Virus record (IMG/VR): IMGVR_UViG_3300005613_000002
Span: 1 to 64,000 of that record
Length of the DNA: 64,000 nt
Direction: 5' to 3' (one strand)
The first letter of the stretch is position 1. Each line of letters starts with the position of its first letter. This document shows, in pieces, positions 1 through 10,150 of this stretch. The notes under the pieces are model-generated. The model ran no database searches. It was not told where the DNA came from and was given only the letters and a program-made list of their open reading frames with translations. A program made the position numbers and the translations under genes.

Positions 1-333
1 CTCAACCGTTGTAGTTGGTTCAACTGTTGTAGTTGGTTCTAATGTAGTTGGTTCAACTGTTGTAGTTGGTTCTACCGTTGTAGTAGGTTCTAATGTAGTT
101 GGCTCAACCGTTGTAGTTGGTTCTACTGTAGTACTAGGTTCAACTGTAGTACTAGGTTCAACCGTAGTTGTTGGTTCAACTGTAGTACTAGGTTCAACCG
201 TAGTTGTTGGTTCTACTGTAGTACTAGGTTCAACTGTTGTAGTTGGTTCTAATGTAGTTGGTTCAACTGTAGTGGTTGGCTCTACTGTAGTACTAGGTTC
301 AACCGTAGTGGTTGGCTCTACTGTAGTCGTAGG
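1..333 (-). repeat. Degenerate 18-bp tandem repeat encoding the EP(T/S)TT(V/L) hexapeptide
   Basis: Units such as gttcaactgtagtactag / gttcaaccgtagttgttg recur with period 18. Confidence 0.92.
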
Positions 334-648
334 TGCAGGACCTATTTCACATTCTTCTGGGTCAAACTCAACACTACTATTTATCTCATAACTCTCAATT
401 GATTCATTTTCAATACTTTCAACATATAAAACAAAAACACTAAGTAATGCTTCATATTCAGAATCAGACATATATGACAACTCGTCTGGAGTTGGTATTG
501 GATATTGATTTCCATCATAAGTAAAATAACCATTTGCAGTATCTGCTGATGTTGGATACGTCTTAGGGTATCCAACATCAATTACACCACCACTGGTTTT
601 TGTTATTGTAATTGATAATGACCTTTTATATCCTGAATATTCTGACAT
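1..648 (-). CDS. Partial virion-type protein with mucin-like (E-P-T/S-T-T-V/L)n repeats; runs off the left edge
   Basis: Not in the ORF track (no stop in window). Hand translation from ATG at 648: MSEYSGYKRSLSITITK...EECEIGPAPTTTVEPTTTVEPSTTVEP..., open towards base 1; GTATTTATA motif upstream at 672-680. Confidence 0.85.
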   Translation of the reverse strand, partial: MSEYSGYKRSLSITITKTSGGVIDVGYPKTYPTSADTANGYFTYDGNQYPIPTPDELSYMSDSEYEALLSVFVLYVESIENESIESYEINSSVEFDPEECEIGPAPTTTVEPTTTVEPSTTVEPTTTVEPTTLEPTTTVEPSTTVEPTTTVEPSTTVEPTTTVEPSTTVEPSTTVEPTTTVEPTTLEPTTTVEPTTTVEPTTLEPTTTVEPTTTVE

Positions 649-713
649 ACTATATTTTTATTTTATTTTAATATAAATACTACCTAATTTAAGTTGTGTG
701 TATATTAATAATT

Positions 714-2240
714 CTATTTCATTCCTGCTAGATTCTCAACAGTAAATACATCATTTGTATCAAGATATGTTATTTTATAATTATTATTACTAGCTTTTAA
801 AATTTCACAATTATAATCCTCATAAGCATGTGCCATTGAAGTGAAATTAATTCCCACAACATCATCTTTTATTGTATTATTATGAAAATCATCAATAGTT
901 AATGAACTTTTAAAACCATTTGCTATTGTATTATTAGTAAATCCAGTCCCAACTTCAACACTTTGAAAATCATTACCAATTGAGTTATTAGTAAAATTAT
1001 CACCAATCGCATCATTTCCAACAAATTTATTACCAATCATATTATCTTGGAAACTATCAGGAATTACATTATTTTTAAAATCATTTCCAATAACATTTTT
1101 CTGTGCATTAGTATAGATCATATTAGTTTGAAAATCATTACCAACTAAATTATTATTATTATTATAACCAAAAATATTACCGTTAGAATTTTTCCCTATT
1201 ATATTATCAGTAAAAGTATTACCAATCACATTACTATTGAAGCCATAACCAAAACTATTTCTCTGTACATCACCACCAATTGTATTATTATTAAATGAAC
1301 TATCAATCACATTTTCTTGAAAACTAAAATTAATTATATTACTATTAAACCAATTTCTAATTGTGTTTTCCATAAAATAACTACCATCAATAGTATTACA
1401 TTGAAAATATCCACCAACATTATTATTAAAAACTGTTGGTAGACCATCATCATGTAAAATAATAATGTTATTAGGTAATATTGAACCAGTTGAACTATTA
1501 TCATCATCATTTCTACCTACAAAAAATGAATTTTGAAAAACACAATCATCATAAGCACCATCAGTAGAAACAAATGTTAATGAATCATCATAATCATTAA
1601 TATCTTGTGCATCATCAGAATTTAAACACCAATATTCTGTTGTTGTATAATCAATAATTTTCGCCCAATATGTTGTAGCACTGACTGCATTATCAGTATT
1701 GGAGTCAGCTATTGAAACATAAGCACCATCACCAGATACTTGAACATTATCACCAAAACTATATGTTGTTGTACCAGTCCAAATTGGATAATCAGTTTGA
1801 TTTAACACCCATCTACGATTCATTACATTACGGAAATCATATCCGAAAATATTATTATTTTTCGTATCTTCCCTATAATTAATTACACCAGTAAATCCAG
1901 TCACAACTTCTTCATCGCCACCACTAAAACCTATATCAGACAACCAATTATCAGGATTCCAATCATAATGAATAATATCATTTGGGTAATTTTCACTATA
2001 AGCTATTGTTGATATCCCACTAACGCTTATTGCACTTACTAGTAATGGTTCAGTATCTCCACTATGAACTGCTGTATCACCTGTTCCACCTTCTAAAACT
2101 ACATCAGCGTTATTTCCATCAATTAAATAATGAATTGTTTTAAAATCAGTGATTAAATAATTTAATCCTTGATTTAAACCGTTTGTTTGAATTAGTGTAA
2201 CTAATTCTGAATATGTTACATCTGTTGTTATCTTTGCCAT
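714..2240 (-). CDS. Putative tail fibre/spike protein with small carbohydrate-binding-like module and C-terminal beta-helix repeats
   Basis: Many NxIGNxF-type repeats in the C-terminal half; WTGTTTYSFGD...YW segment resembles CBM5/12-like modules; structural-gene context. Confidence 0.55.
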   Translation of the reverse strand: MAKITTDVTYSELVTLIQTNGLNQGLNYLITDFKTIHYLIDGNNADVVLEGGTGDTAVHSGDTEPLLVSAISVSGISTIAYSENYPNDIIHYDWNPDNWLSDIGFSGGDEEVVTGFTGVINYREDTKNNNIFGYDFRNVMNRRWVLNQTDYPIWTGTTTYSFGDNVQVSGDGAYVSIADSNTDNAVSATTYWAKIIDYTTTEYWCLNSDDAQDINDYDDSLTFVSTDGAYDDCVFQNSFFVGRNDDDNSSTGSILPNNIIILHDDGLPTVFNNNVGGYFQCNTIDGSYFMENTIRNWFNSNIINFSFQENVIDSSFNNNTIGGDVQRNSFGYGFNSNVIGNTFTDNIIGKNSNGNIFGYNNNNNLVGNDFQTNMIYTNAQKNVIGNDFKNNVIPDSFQDNMIGNKFVGNDAIGDNFTNNSIGNDFQSVEVGTGFTNNTIANGFKSSLTIDDFHNNTIKDDVVGINFTSMAHAYEDYNCEILKASNNNYKITYLDTNDVFTVENLAGMK

Positions 2241-2249
2241 AATTGTTTC

Positions 2250-2510
2250 TTAAATTGTTATTAATTCATTAATCTCTTTAGCATAAAGAGGCTCATTTGT
2301 TTCACTTAATACAACACTTGCTTGTGATACTGTTACATTAGTTTCACATCCTTGATTATCTAAAAAATTTAAGGTATATGTATCTTCGTATATATCATCA
2401 AAAGTATCTTCTGATGGTATTGTATTATGCACATTACTTAATCCAGTACCAACTAAAGTTACTGTAATTGGAACAAATCCACTTGTTACTATATATCTAA
2501 TACTAATCAT
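2250..2510 (-). CDS. Small beta-rich virion protein (SprB-repeat-like motif)
   Basis: YTLNFLDNQGCETNVTV resembles the Y-x-V-T-V-T-D-A-N-G-C repeat of Bacteroidota surface proteins; fills the gap between genes. Confidence 0.4.
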   Translation of the reverse strand: MISIRYIVTSGFVPITVTLVGTGLSNVHNTIPSEDTFDDIYEDTYTLNFLDNQGCETNVTVSQASVVLSETNEPLYAKEINELITI

Positions 2511-2628
2511 ATCTTATTATTCATTTAATAAATACATCACAACTTTCATTTTGATAAAATTATATTTTAATATAAATACTATTAATTTATAAAATCAATA
2601 TTATTAAAATATTGAAACCATTTTAGAT

Positions 2629-4359
2629 TTATTGTTGATAATATATCCCACCAATATCAATAACAGTATTGTCTGGGTCAAGAGGATAATTCGGATTCCC
2701 ATTATCGATACATGGTGATAATGGATTAAGTGAAAAATCTTCATTTTCAGCATCAAGAAATAGTGGGTCAGTATTTAATGAATTTGAATCTAGTCCACTA
2801 TATGATAGATATTCATTAAACTCATTATATTCAAAATTATTATTAGAGGGTAAATTTGCTATTCTACCCGAAGATTGTTGATAACAATTATAGTTAACAG
2901 TTAATTCTGATAATGTCCCATTATCAATATATATGATAGAATTTTTTGCTTCACAAAAAATATTATTTTCAATAATCATATTAGTTACATTACTATTAAC
3001 CGCCCAAGCACAGACATGTCTTCCTGATGGGTCAGAACGTTGACTATTCCCCCAACCATATCCAGCATTATAACAAGTATTATTAATAAATTGAATATTA
3101 TCGACTTCTGACTCATTATTATGATAAAAATATTCAAATGAATATTCACAATTCCAAACAATATTGTTTTTATAAATAATATTTGTTTGATTTCCAGTTG
3201 TTGTTGCTGCTCCTTGATTTGTAAGTGCGGCATCATATATTTCCCATAATTTACAACCTTCAACAAGATTATCATGAGAAGCAGCCCAGAATTCAACACC
3301 ATTACCACATCTCACAGTACCATCACCATATCCTACAAGATATTTTCCACCAAGCCATGAAAAATCACAATCCCTTATTGTAATATGATGTGTATTACCA
3401 CCAGCAATTCCATATCCACCACAATAGTTTAACCATAGATTTTCATAAGTTATATAATTTTCATTTGATTCATTAAAAATATAATTCCCATGTAATAATC
3501 TAATGTCACTATAATAATTTGCTGGATTACCATTAGAATACATTCTCATTCTATCAATTGAAAAATCAAACATAAAATCACCCTGAATTGTAAGATCAGT
3601 AGTATTTGGATATTTAACACCACATGTAGTACTATCATTAAATATAACATTACCCACATCATGACTAAATTCAATATAACTAGCAGTTTCCCATATATTA
3701 GTATCAACTTCTATCCAATCATCAGTACTATTTGCTAAAGTTGAAATATGTAACATTGGTTTAGTTCCTGAACCATAAGCACCATATGTTACATCACCAG
3801 ATAAATCACCACTACTTGATGTAATGCTACCAAAGAAACTATCACCTCTTTTAAATAGAACACTATACCCTGCTTCAATTGAAACTGAGTTTACTTTATC
3901 AATTGTTCTCCAAGGAAATTCTGGTGAAGTGCCTAAATTCGAATCATTTCCAGTATTACTTACATAATATGCATTTGTTATAGGTTCAATTGTGGTCGTA
4001 GTTGTTGGTTCAATTGTAGTTGTACCACTTATAGGTTCTAATGTTGTTGTGGTAGTTGTTGGTTCTAGTGTTGTAGTTGGCTCAATAGTTGTTGTCGTAC
4101 CAGTTATGGGTTCTAGTGTTGTTGTGGTAGTTATTGTGGGTTCTAATGTAGTTGTAGTAGTAGTTGCAGTATTACCTGTAACTACCTCCATTGAATCATA
4201 TGCATCGAAAAAACCAATATCATCAACAGTTGATTCTAAACCAATTTTCATATGATAAATTGCTGTTAAATCAGGTATTATAATATATTTAATACCTTCA
4301 GTTGTTGCAGTAGTACCTGTTGTTAATGACTGTAATATTGTTTTTTTTATGAACTCCAT
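2629..4359 (-). CDS. Thr-rich linker plus right-handed parallel beta-helix (pectate-lyase-like) protein; candidate depolymerase/adhesin
   Basis: TTTTLEP repeats, then YYVSNTGNDSNLG...PWRTI start, NIIYKNNIVWN / NIQFINNTCYN coils and a DPLF...DFSL...SPCID C-terminus. Confidence 0.7.
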   Translation of the reverse strand: MEFIKKTILQSLTTGTTATTEGIKYIIIPDLTAIYHMKIGLESTVDDIGFFDAYDSMEVVTGNTATTTTTTLEPTITTTTTLEPITGTTTTIEPTTTLEPTTTTTTLEPISGTTTIEPTTTTTIEPITNAYYVSNTGNDSNLGTSPEFPWRTIDKVNSVSIEAGYSVLFKRGDSFFGSITSSSGDLSGDVTYGAYGSGTKPMLHISTLANSTDDWIEVDTNIWETASYIEFSHDVGNVIFNDSTTCGVKYPNTTDLTIQGDFMFDFSIDRMRMYSNGNPANYYSDIRLLHGNYIFNESNENYITYENLWLNYCGGYGIAGGNTHHITIRDCDFSWLGGKYLVGYGDGTVRCGNGVEFWAASHDNLVEGCKLWEIYDAALTNQGAATTTGNQTNIIYKNNIVWNCEYSFEYFYHNNESEVDNIQFINNTCYNAGYGWGNSQRSDPSGRHVCAWAVNSNVTNMIIENNIFCEAKNSIIYIDNGTLSELTVNYNCYQQSSGRIANLPSNNNFEYNEFNEYLSYSGLDSNSLNTDPLFLDAENEDFSLNPLSPCIDNGNPNYPLDPDNTVIDIGGIYYQQ

Positions 4360-6209
4360 TGTACAGCTTTCTTTCTCATTGTAACACTAATGTCTTTTTC
4401 TGGATATTTAATTTCAAACATAGAATCTTCTGTTGAGTATATAGTATTATTTATTATATTAATCTCACCAGTTGTTGTATCAAGAATTTCCTGAGAAATT
4501 ACATTACTAGAGTATAATCCACCTGTTTTATTATATGCTTTAAGTTCAATAATATTAATAACTCCATTAGCTTCAAGAATTTCTTTTTCAAGTTTACCCA
4601 AGAAAATATCTTGATTCATTTCATAATTATCAATATCCATATAATCTTTTACAATATTTATTACACTATTAGCAATCTGATTATCTGATAAATTCTCAAT
4701 ATAAATATCAATATCGAATGCTAAATTAAATATTTTCCCATCTGTAACTTCAATATAATCATTCATCATTCTAAACTGACTCAAATATTCAGTAATATTT
4801 TCTTTCAATAAACTATTACTTGAATTAGATAATTTACCATCTGAATCAATATCAAGAACTGGTATCACTACTTTATTATGTAATTTAAGAGCATTACCAC
4901 GGAATGGTGAACCGAACTTCCCGGGCATCTTATAAATTTGCAATAAATAATCAGTTAATGTTACATCTCTTTCTTGTGATGAAAAATTATATTTAATTAA
5001 TTGTCTTATTTGTTCAACACTTAAACCATCATTACCACCAATTGCTGGAATTGGATTTGAAACACTTAAACTCCTAACAACATTTTGTTTATAATCCTGA
5101 CGTGAACCATTTGAAACTAAACTATGCCCACCCATTTGAGTTAATACCTCAGAACCAATATTTGAATTTGAACCACCACCAATTCTATATTTAATAAATA
5201 ACGTATAATTTGCTTTAAGTTTTTCACCTAATGCTGTATTATTTAAAAAGTTTTCAAGAAAATATTTATTAGTTACACCTTCACTTAAAAAACCATCTTT
5301 AAATGCATCAACATCAGAATCACCTGACCCAAATGTTAATTTACAATAACCATTTTGTGTGAATTCTTTAATAAATTTCTTAGTAATATCCATCCAACGA
5401 CCAACTTTAGCACCATTTGCAATTAAACTAGATGATGAACTTTGAGTGTTTTCAACAAAAATTCTCTGTTGTGCTAAATAATTTACTTCATAATATCTAT
5501 CATCTGACGAATTAAATTCATCATTTGTTGGATTTGAATTATTTGTTCCTTCAACCAAGATTACACTATCAATTTCTATTACATCTGGGTCTGGTAATAT
5601 TACACTATAAAAAGGAATAACATCACTACTTGATATAATTTTCTTATAAATATTTGAACTACCATTTATAACTACCTCTCTTTTAGTAACAGTATAACTA
5701 ACAATAATTCCATTTGAATCTAAATTAGGGATTATTGAACGATTAGGGTCACCTAAATTACTCATAGTTGAACTCCAATCAATAACATTCTGAGTTTCAA
5801 AAATTTTACCACCACCAACTACTTGTGCTCCAGAATTTAAAACTGGATAATATGATGCATCAGGACTATCACCAAGTACAGGTATTAAAACTGAAAAATC
5901 AACAACAGTTACCGAAGGTCTTTTAGCTGGAATATTAAATCCCATATTCTTAGCAATATTCAGTATTGATGCCTTTTTTTGTGCATATTCAATTTGTGTT
6001 TCTTGAAAAGTTCTATCAGTATTTACACTTAAATTATTACCAACACCAGCATTTAAATCAATTAACATAGCACCAACACTACTATCAGTAAAATCACTTA
6101 AAACCTCTGGATAAGTTTGTTTAATTAACGAGACTAAATCGGTTCTCATTTCTCCGAAAGTTCTCGAACCATATCTAATTATATTGCTTGCTGTATCTGT
6201 TGTTGCCAT
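4347..6209 (-). CDS. Baseplate wedge subunit (T4 gp6 / baseplate J-like)
   Basis: Y..R.F..(I/M)...L N-terminus, DF..SS.G.MLIDL, and GG...LSVEQIR...FSSQERDVTLTDY motif; adjacent to gp25-like gene. Confidence 0.85.
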   Translation of the reverse strand: MATTDTASNIIRYGSRTFGEMRTDLVSLIKQTYPEVLSDFTDSSVGAMLIDLNAGVGNNLSVNTDRTFQETQIEYAQKKASILNIAKNMGFNIPAKRPSVTVVDFSVLIPVLGDSPDASYYPVLNSGAQVVGGGKIFETQNVIDWSSTMSNLGDPNRSIIPNLDSNGIIVSYTVTKREVVINGSSNIYKKIISSSDVIPFYSVILPDPDVIEIDSVILVEGTNNSNPTNDEFNSSDDRYYEVNYLAQQRIFVENTQSSSSSLIANGAKVGRWMDITKKFIKEFTQNGYCKLTFGSGDSDVDAFKDGFLSEGVTNKYFLENFLNNTALGEKLKANYTLFIKYRIGGGSNSNIGSEVLTQMGGHSLVSNGSRQDYKQNVVRSLSVSNPIPAIGGNDGLSVEQIRQLIKYNFSSQERDVTLTDYLLQIYKMPGKFGSPFRGNALKLHNKVVIPVLDIDSDGKLSNSSNSLLKENITEYLSQFRMMNDYIEVTDGKIFNLAFDIDIYIENLSDNQIANSVINIVKDYMDIDNYEMNQDIFLGKLEKEILEANGVINIIELKAYNKTGGLYSSNVISQEILDTTTGEINIINNTIYSTEDSMFEIKYPEKDISVTMRKKAVQWSS

Positions 6210-6219
6210 ATTTTATATA

Positions 6220-6618
6220 TTAAAAATTCAAATCTAATTCACCACTTTCATTAAATACGTCTTCACTATAAGTAAATTTAATATTTACATTTAATTGTGT
6301 CTCAGGAATAGGAATTCCATCATCATCAAGATTCCAATTAAACGTAACTTTATCTATTGTAAGTGCTGGTATATATAATGAAACCGTTTTTTTGATTTCC
6401 TGTTCTACTTCTGATGATGTTAATCTATCATTTGGTTCAAAGATATATTTCAATAAATTAGTACCATAGTCTGGTTCATAATATCTTTCACCCTTCTGGG
6501 TTAATAATAATAACAACAAATCAGAACTAAGCGCATCTTTCGTAACACTAGTCATTTGAAACAACTTGTTTGTTGTTACGTCATCAACAATTGGAAATCT
6601 GATATTATATGAATTCAT
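6220..6618 (-). CDS. Baseplate wedge protein, gp25/GPW-like
   Basis: LLLT.KGER...P.YGTNL...IFEP signature; 132 aa. Confidence 0.88.
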   Translation of the reverse strand: MNSYNIRFPIVDDVTTNKLFQMTSVTKDALSSDLLLLLLTQKGERYYEPDYGTNLLKYIFEPNDRLTSSEVEQEIKKTVSLYIPALTIDKVTFNWNLDDDGIPIPETQLNVNIKFTYSEDVFNESGELDLNF

Positions 6619-6633
6619 TTATTAAGTATTTCA

Positions 6634-6642
6634 TATAAATAC
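6634..6642 (-). promoter_or_regulatory. GTATTTATA motif (candidate late promoter) upstream of gp25-like gene
   Basis: One of about 17 intergenic copies just upstream of minus-strand starts; follows a terminator. Confidence 0.6.
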
Positions 6643-6649
6643 TTATAAA

Positions 6650-6679
6650 CAAAAAAATCCAGACTAACAGTCTGGATTT
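6650..6679 (-). terminator. Intrinsic terminator
   Basis: Inverted repeat aatccagact-aac-agtctggatt followed by a U-tract on the minus strand. Confidence 0.75.
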
Positions 6680-6704
6680 CCTATATTATTATATTTAATA
6701 TTGT

Positions 6705-7169
6705 TTATGCTTTAGGTTTACGCCCACGCTTACCCTTTGTTAATGCTTTTATTGCATCTTCTTCTTCTTTTTGCTTAATATATAAACTTTCGATTGATTC
6801 TTTAAGTACAGTAAGTTCATCATAACCATATTTTTTTATTACTCCACTATGTGCAAAAAAATCTGGTTTTGTTATTGAAAGCGTATCACTTTCACTAATT
6901 TCAACACCTGCCAAACATTTATCAATTTCCATTCTCTGTAAATTATCTGGCATTACATCAAAAATACTTTCATTAATCGTAATAACGAAATTAATTCCCT
7001 CTGTTAATAATTCAATCACTTCATTTGCTTTGCTTAATTTACAAACATCTTTTTTTTGTTTGTTATTACACAAAACTTTAAATTCTACCCATTGTGGAAT
7101 TGTTGTTCCATCACGGACTTCATCAAAAATTTTAACTACATCTTCTGATGCTACTTCAAGTTTTCTCAT
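6705..7169 (-). CDS. Hypothetical protein (weak resemblance to putative phage metallopeptidase fold)
   Basis: Full-length ORF on coding strand; FVITINE.IF...Q...ID..L pattern but no HExxH. Confidence 0.6.
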   Translation of the reverse strand: MRKLEVASEDVVKIFDEVRDGTTIPQWVEFKVLCNNKQKKDVCKLSKANEVIELLTEGINFVITINESIFDVMPDNLQRMEIDKCLAGVEISESDTLSITKPDFFAHSGVIKKYGYDELTVLKESIESLYIKQKEEEDAIKALTKGKRGRKPKA

Positions 7170-7178
7170 AAAATAAAA

Positions 7179-7613
7179 TTATTTGTTAATAAATGTATTA
7201 TATTTTGTCCTAATTTTTGTTATTTTTTCTTCTAAATCAACAAATATAGGATTTTTTTCTTCGAATTCTTTTTTGAATTTAGATAAATTTTCATCTGTAA
7301 ACTCAATCATATCACTTATGGTTAACTCAACCATTTCTTCAATTTCAATAAGAGTTGCCAATTGTTTATTCATTAAATCAGTCAATTCTATATCTTTAAT
7401 TTTTTTCTCATATTCTGAATTTAATTCAGCAGCTTCTTCTTTAGAAACTGTTTTCACATTTTCACCAATACGTTTATTAATCAATTCACTAGCATTTGTT
7501 TTTGAATTAGCTAATTCATTAATTTCATTTATTTTCTTTGCTGCCTCTGAATTAAATTCACCAGTATCTACAGCATTTTTTAAATTATTTAAAAAACTAT
7601 TTTCATTCTTCAT
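7179..7613 (-). CDS. Hypothetical coiled-coil protein
   Basis: E/K-rich helical ORF, tightly packed in operon. Confidence 0.7.
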   Translation of the reverse strand: MKNENSFLNNLKNAVDTGEFNSEAAKKINEINELANSKTNASELINKRIGENVKTVSKEEAAELNSEYEKKIKDIELTDLMNKQLATLIEIEEMVELTISDMIEFTDENLSKFKKEFEEKNPIFVDLEEKITKIRTKYNTFINK

Positions 7614-7624
7614 AATTTCAATTT

Positions 7625-8605
7625 TTAACCCACTGTTTCCATTTCAATTCCTTTAAATTTCCAGACTTCATGGGTATCGTTATATTTTATTCTTTTTACA
7701 TATTCATCAATTCTGTAACCAATCATTTCACCATATTCATCACTAACAAAAATACTATTAATATTTATAATTTCATTAAAAATTTCAGAATTTTCTTCAA
7801 TTTCACCTGTTTTAAATTTTATTGGAATGAAAAACTCAAACCGTCTATGTTCAAAACCAACAATTTTAACATGTAGAAATTCAGTTAATTGTTCAATTTT
7901 ATTTAAAACAGTAATATCATCACGAGACACTTTAATTGGGAATTCAAATTGTTTTGATAACTTAGAAATATCCTTTACTTCAAGTTTATCATAATCGACA
8001 TTAATATCTGTTTTAGTATCCCCACTTATAACAACCTCATGTTGATTTGTTTCTCCACTAAACACAATTTCATCATTATCGACATTCTGTAAATAATCTA
8101 ATGCTTTAACAAAACCAACTTCAACAGGTTTATTATTAAATATATGTTGAAGTTCAAAATCATCATCATTTGTTCTTCGTTCTTTAATATCTAATTCAAT
8201 AGATTCTGCAATTGTTTTACCTGCATGTTTGTGTTTATCATCAAAAAAACCATAATGTTCAAATCTTCTACCATATATGTCTTTCTTCCCATAACTACTA
8301 CCATGTTTATCAGCAGCAATTGCCATTTTACGTGGAGTTGCTGTTTTTATGAACTTATCTGCTTTTTTTAAAACATCATAATAATCTTTAACATATTTTT
8401 CATCAGTTTTACCAGCATAAAATTTTTCAAGTAATTGATTACGACTACGCATTCTTTGAGTGTGTTTATTACTTTCACCCAAATTGTTAGGGTCTGCTTT
8501 TAAAATTTCATGTTCAGTGTTAAATAAAGCAATACTAATTGCTGTCATTACCATATGAAATTTTAAATAGAACCAAAGGAGTATGTTTTTTAAAAACTTT
8601 GGCAT
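7625..8605 (-). CDS. Hypothetical protein with N-terminal hydrophobic segment
   Basis: 326-aa ORF; start abuts the stop of the upstream gene. Confidence 0.7.
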   Translation of the reverse strand: MPKFLKNILLWFYLKFHMVMTAISIALFNTEHEILKADPNNLGESNKHTQRMRSRNQLLEKFYAGKTDEKYVKDYYDVLKKADKFIKTATPRKMAIAADKHGSSYGKKDIYGRRFEHYGFFDDKHKHAGKTIAESIELDIKERRTNDDDFELQHIFNNKPVEVGFVKALDYLQNVDNDEIVFSGETNQHEVVISGDTKTDINVDYDKLEVKDISKLSKQFEFPIKVSRDDITVLNKIEQLTEFLHVKIVGFEHRRFEFFIPIKFKTGEIEENSEIFNEIININSIFVSDEYGEMIGYRIDEYVKRIKYNDTHEVWKFKGIEMETVG

Positions 8606-10005
8606 TATTCAGATACTGTTTCTAATGATTTTTCTTTATTAGTTTTAACTGCATTTTTATAAAACTCTGCACGTTTTTTTGTTACATTAGCTAAATGATA
8701 ATCTTCTTTAAAATCTTCATGTAATTGTCCACCAATTCGTTTTCTTAAATCAGCATCAAGTATTAAACTTTTTAAACCTTTTTTCCAATATTTTTGTGGA
8801 CGTTTTACTGATGGAATTAGAATACAATTCTCCATATGTTTACCATGTACATTATATGGTGGAATATCTGAACAAACAATAGGTAATTTTCTTGTCCAAC
8901 ATTCAACTTGTTTTAGATTGGATTTCATCCTATTAAATGAATTATCAGCTAGTGGTGCGATAACTATATCTGTTTCATCTAATACGTTTGCATACATATT
9001 AGCTTTTTTTGTCCAACGTCTTCCAAAATTACCTTCATCTTCATAAGATACATTTCTTTCGAAATTCATTAACCATTCTAAATAATCAGTATTAGTAATA
9101 ATTTTATGATTATCAGTTAATATTTTCTCATATACTAAATATATACTTTCTTCAGATGTGATACTTCTTTTGTTTGTGTTAAATATTTTCCCTCTATATT
9201 TTTCTCTTATTTCATCATTAATATTTGGTATTGAATCAATATCTCCTTTTGACTTATTTATTGCTTTAATTACTTCATTCGTCCACAATCCTAAATCTTT
9301 TAATTCATCAGCAAATTCTTGATTAAATGTAATATCTGTAGTACTTCCCTCAGTATCCCAACCAGCAATAATTATTTTAAATTTACCTTTAGTTGCTATA
9401 TCAGTATCCAACATATTTACAACATTTTTTAATTGTGCAATATCAATCATGTGTGATGAACCTGCCATATATGTTATTCTAACTTTACCATCTGGGTCTG
9501 GTTTCCAATTATTTCTAAATTGTTTCATCCATGATTCATCAACTGAATTATATAACACTTCAATATTATCTTTACCTGTTACTTTTTTTATTTCTTCAGC
9601 AAAAATATCTGTAGTTGTAGTTACGTAATCGCAAAGTTGTAAGTTTTGTATGATTGGAACATACATCTTTTTCTGTAAATTCATTTCATAAAATGGGTGG
9701 TCTTTATGTAAAACCCAATAGTCATCAACATCAACCATTAATAATGTTCCAGATGATTTCAATTCTTCAGCCAACTTATACATCTCTCTAATTTCAGGAA
9801 CAAGCTGACGATGATAATGTATAATATCGAATGTTTTTAAATATTCAATAACTTCAGGGTCTTTAAAATCTAATGAAGGGTTAATTTCAACGTGGAATTC
9901 ATCTGAATGATTTCTTTCAAGTTCCATTGCTGGTGTTTGTGTTCTAAAATAATTTACACCTGCACCATCTAAATTGTAAAATAATATTCTAATTTTATCG
10001 TTCAT
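8605..10005 (-). CDS. GT-B fold glycosyltransferase (GT4-like)
   Basis: G..YFR...P start, VDVDDYW, VTTTT..FA, DIVIAPL....FN..KS.LK..E....LPIVCSD.PPY. Confidence 0.8.
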   Translation of the reverse strand: MNDKIRILFYNLDGAGVNYFRTQTPAMELERNHSDEFHVEINPSLDFKDPEVIEYLKTFDIIHYHRQLVPEIREMYKLAEELKSSGTLLMVDVDDYWVLHKDHPFYEMNLQKKMYVPIIQNLQLCDYVTTTTDIFAEEIKKVTGKDNIEVLYNSVDESWMKQFRNNWKPDPDGKVRITYMAGSSHMIDIAQLKNVVNMLDTDIATKGKFKIIIAGWDTEGSTTDITFNQEFADELKDLGLWTNEVIKAINKSKGDIDSIPNINDEIREKYRGKIFNTNKRSITSEESIYLVYEKILTDNHKIITNTDYLEWLMNFERNVSYEDEGNFGRRWTKKANMYANVLDETDIVIAPLADNSFNRMKSNLKQVECWTRKLPIVCSDIPPYNVHGKHMENCILIPSVKRPQKYWKKGLKSLILDADLRKRIGGQLHEDFKEDYHLANVTKKRAEFYKNAVKTNKEKSLETVSE

Positions 10006-10089
10006 GTTTCTTATAAAATTTTATAAATTTATGTAATTTATTATAAATACTAAAAATAATACAAAATAACCACATTTGAAAGAATAAGT

Positions 10090-10116
10090 AAAAAAAAGCC
10101 AACATATTGTTGGCTT
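10090..10116 (-). terminator. Intrinsic terminator
   Basis: aagccaaca-ta-tgttggctt inverted repeat with U-tract on minus strand. Confidence 0.7.
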
Positions 10117-10150
10117 AATTAAATCAATTGGTATTATTGTGTTATTAGGA

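Noticed and set aside
1-333. Tandem repeats as a CRISPR array or intergenic minisatellite
   Set aside because: No unique spacers; the 18-bp period with third-position variation shows a coding repeat.
381-581. 66-aa minus-strand ORF and other short nested alternative-frame ORFs (2985-3308, 30124-30345, 38264-38455, 44812-45021, 55393-55587)
   Set aside because: They are out of frame inside better-supported genes; 381-581 overlaps the real ORF starting at 648.
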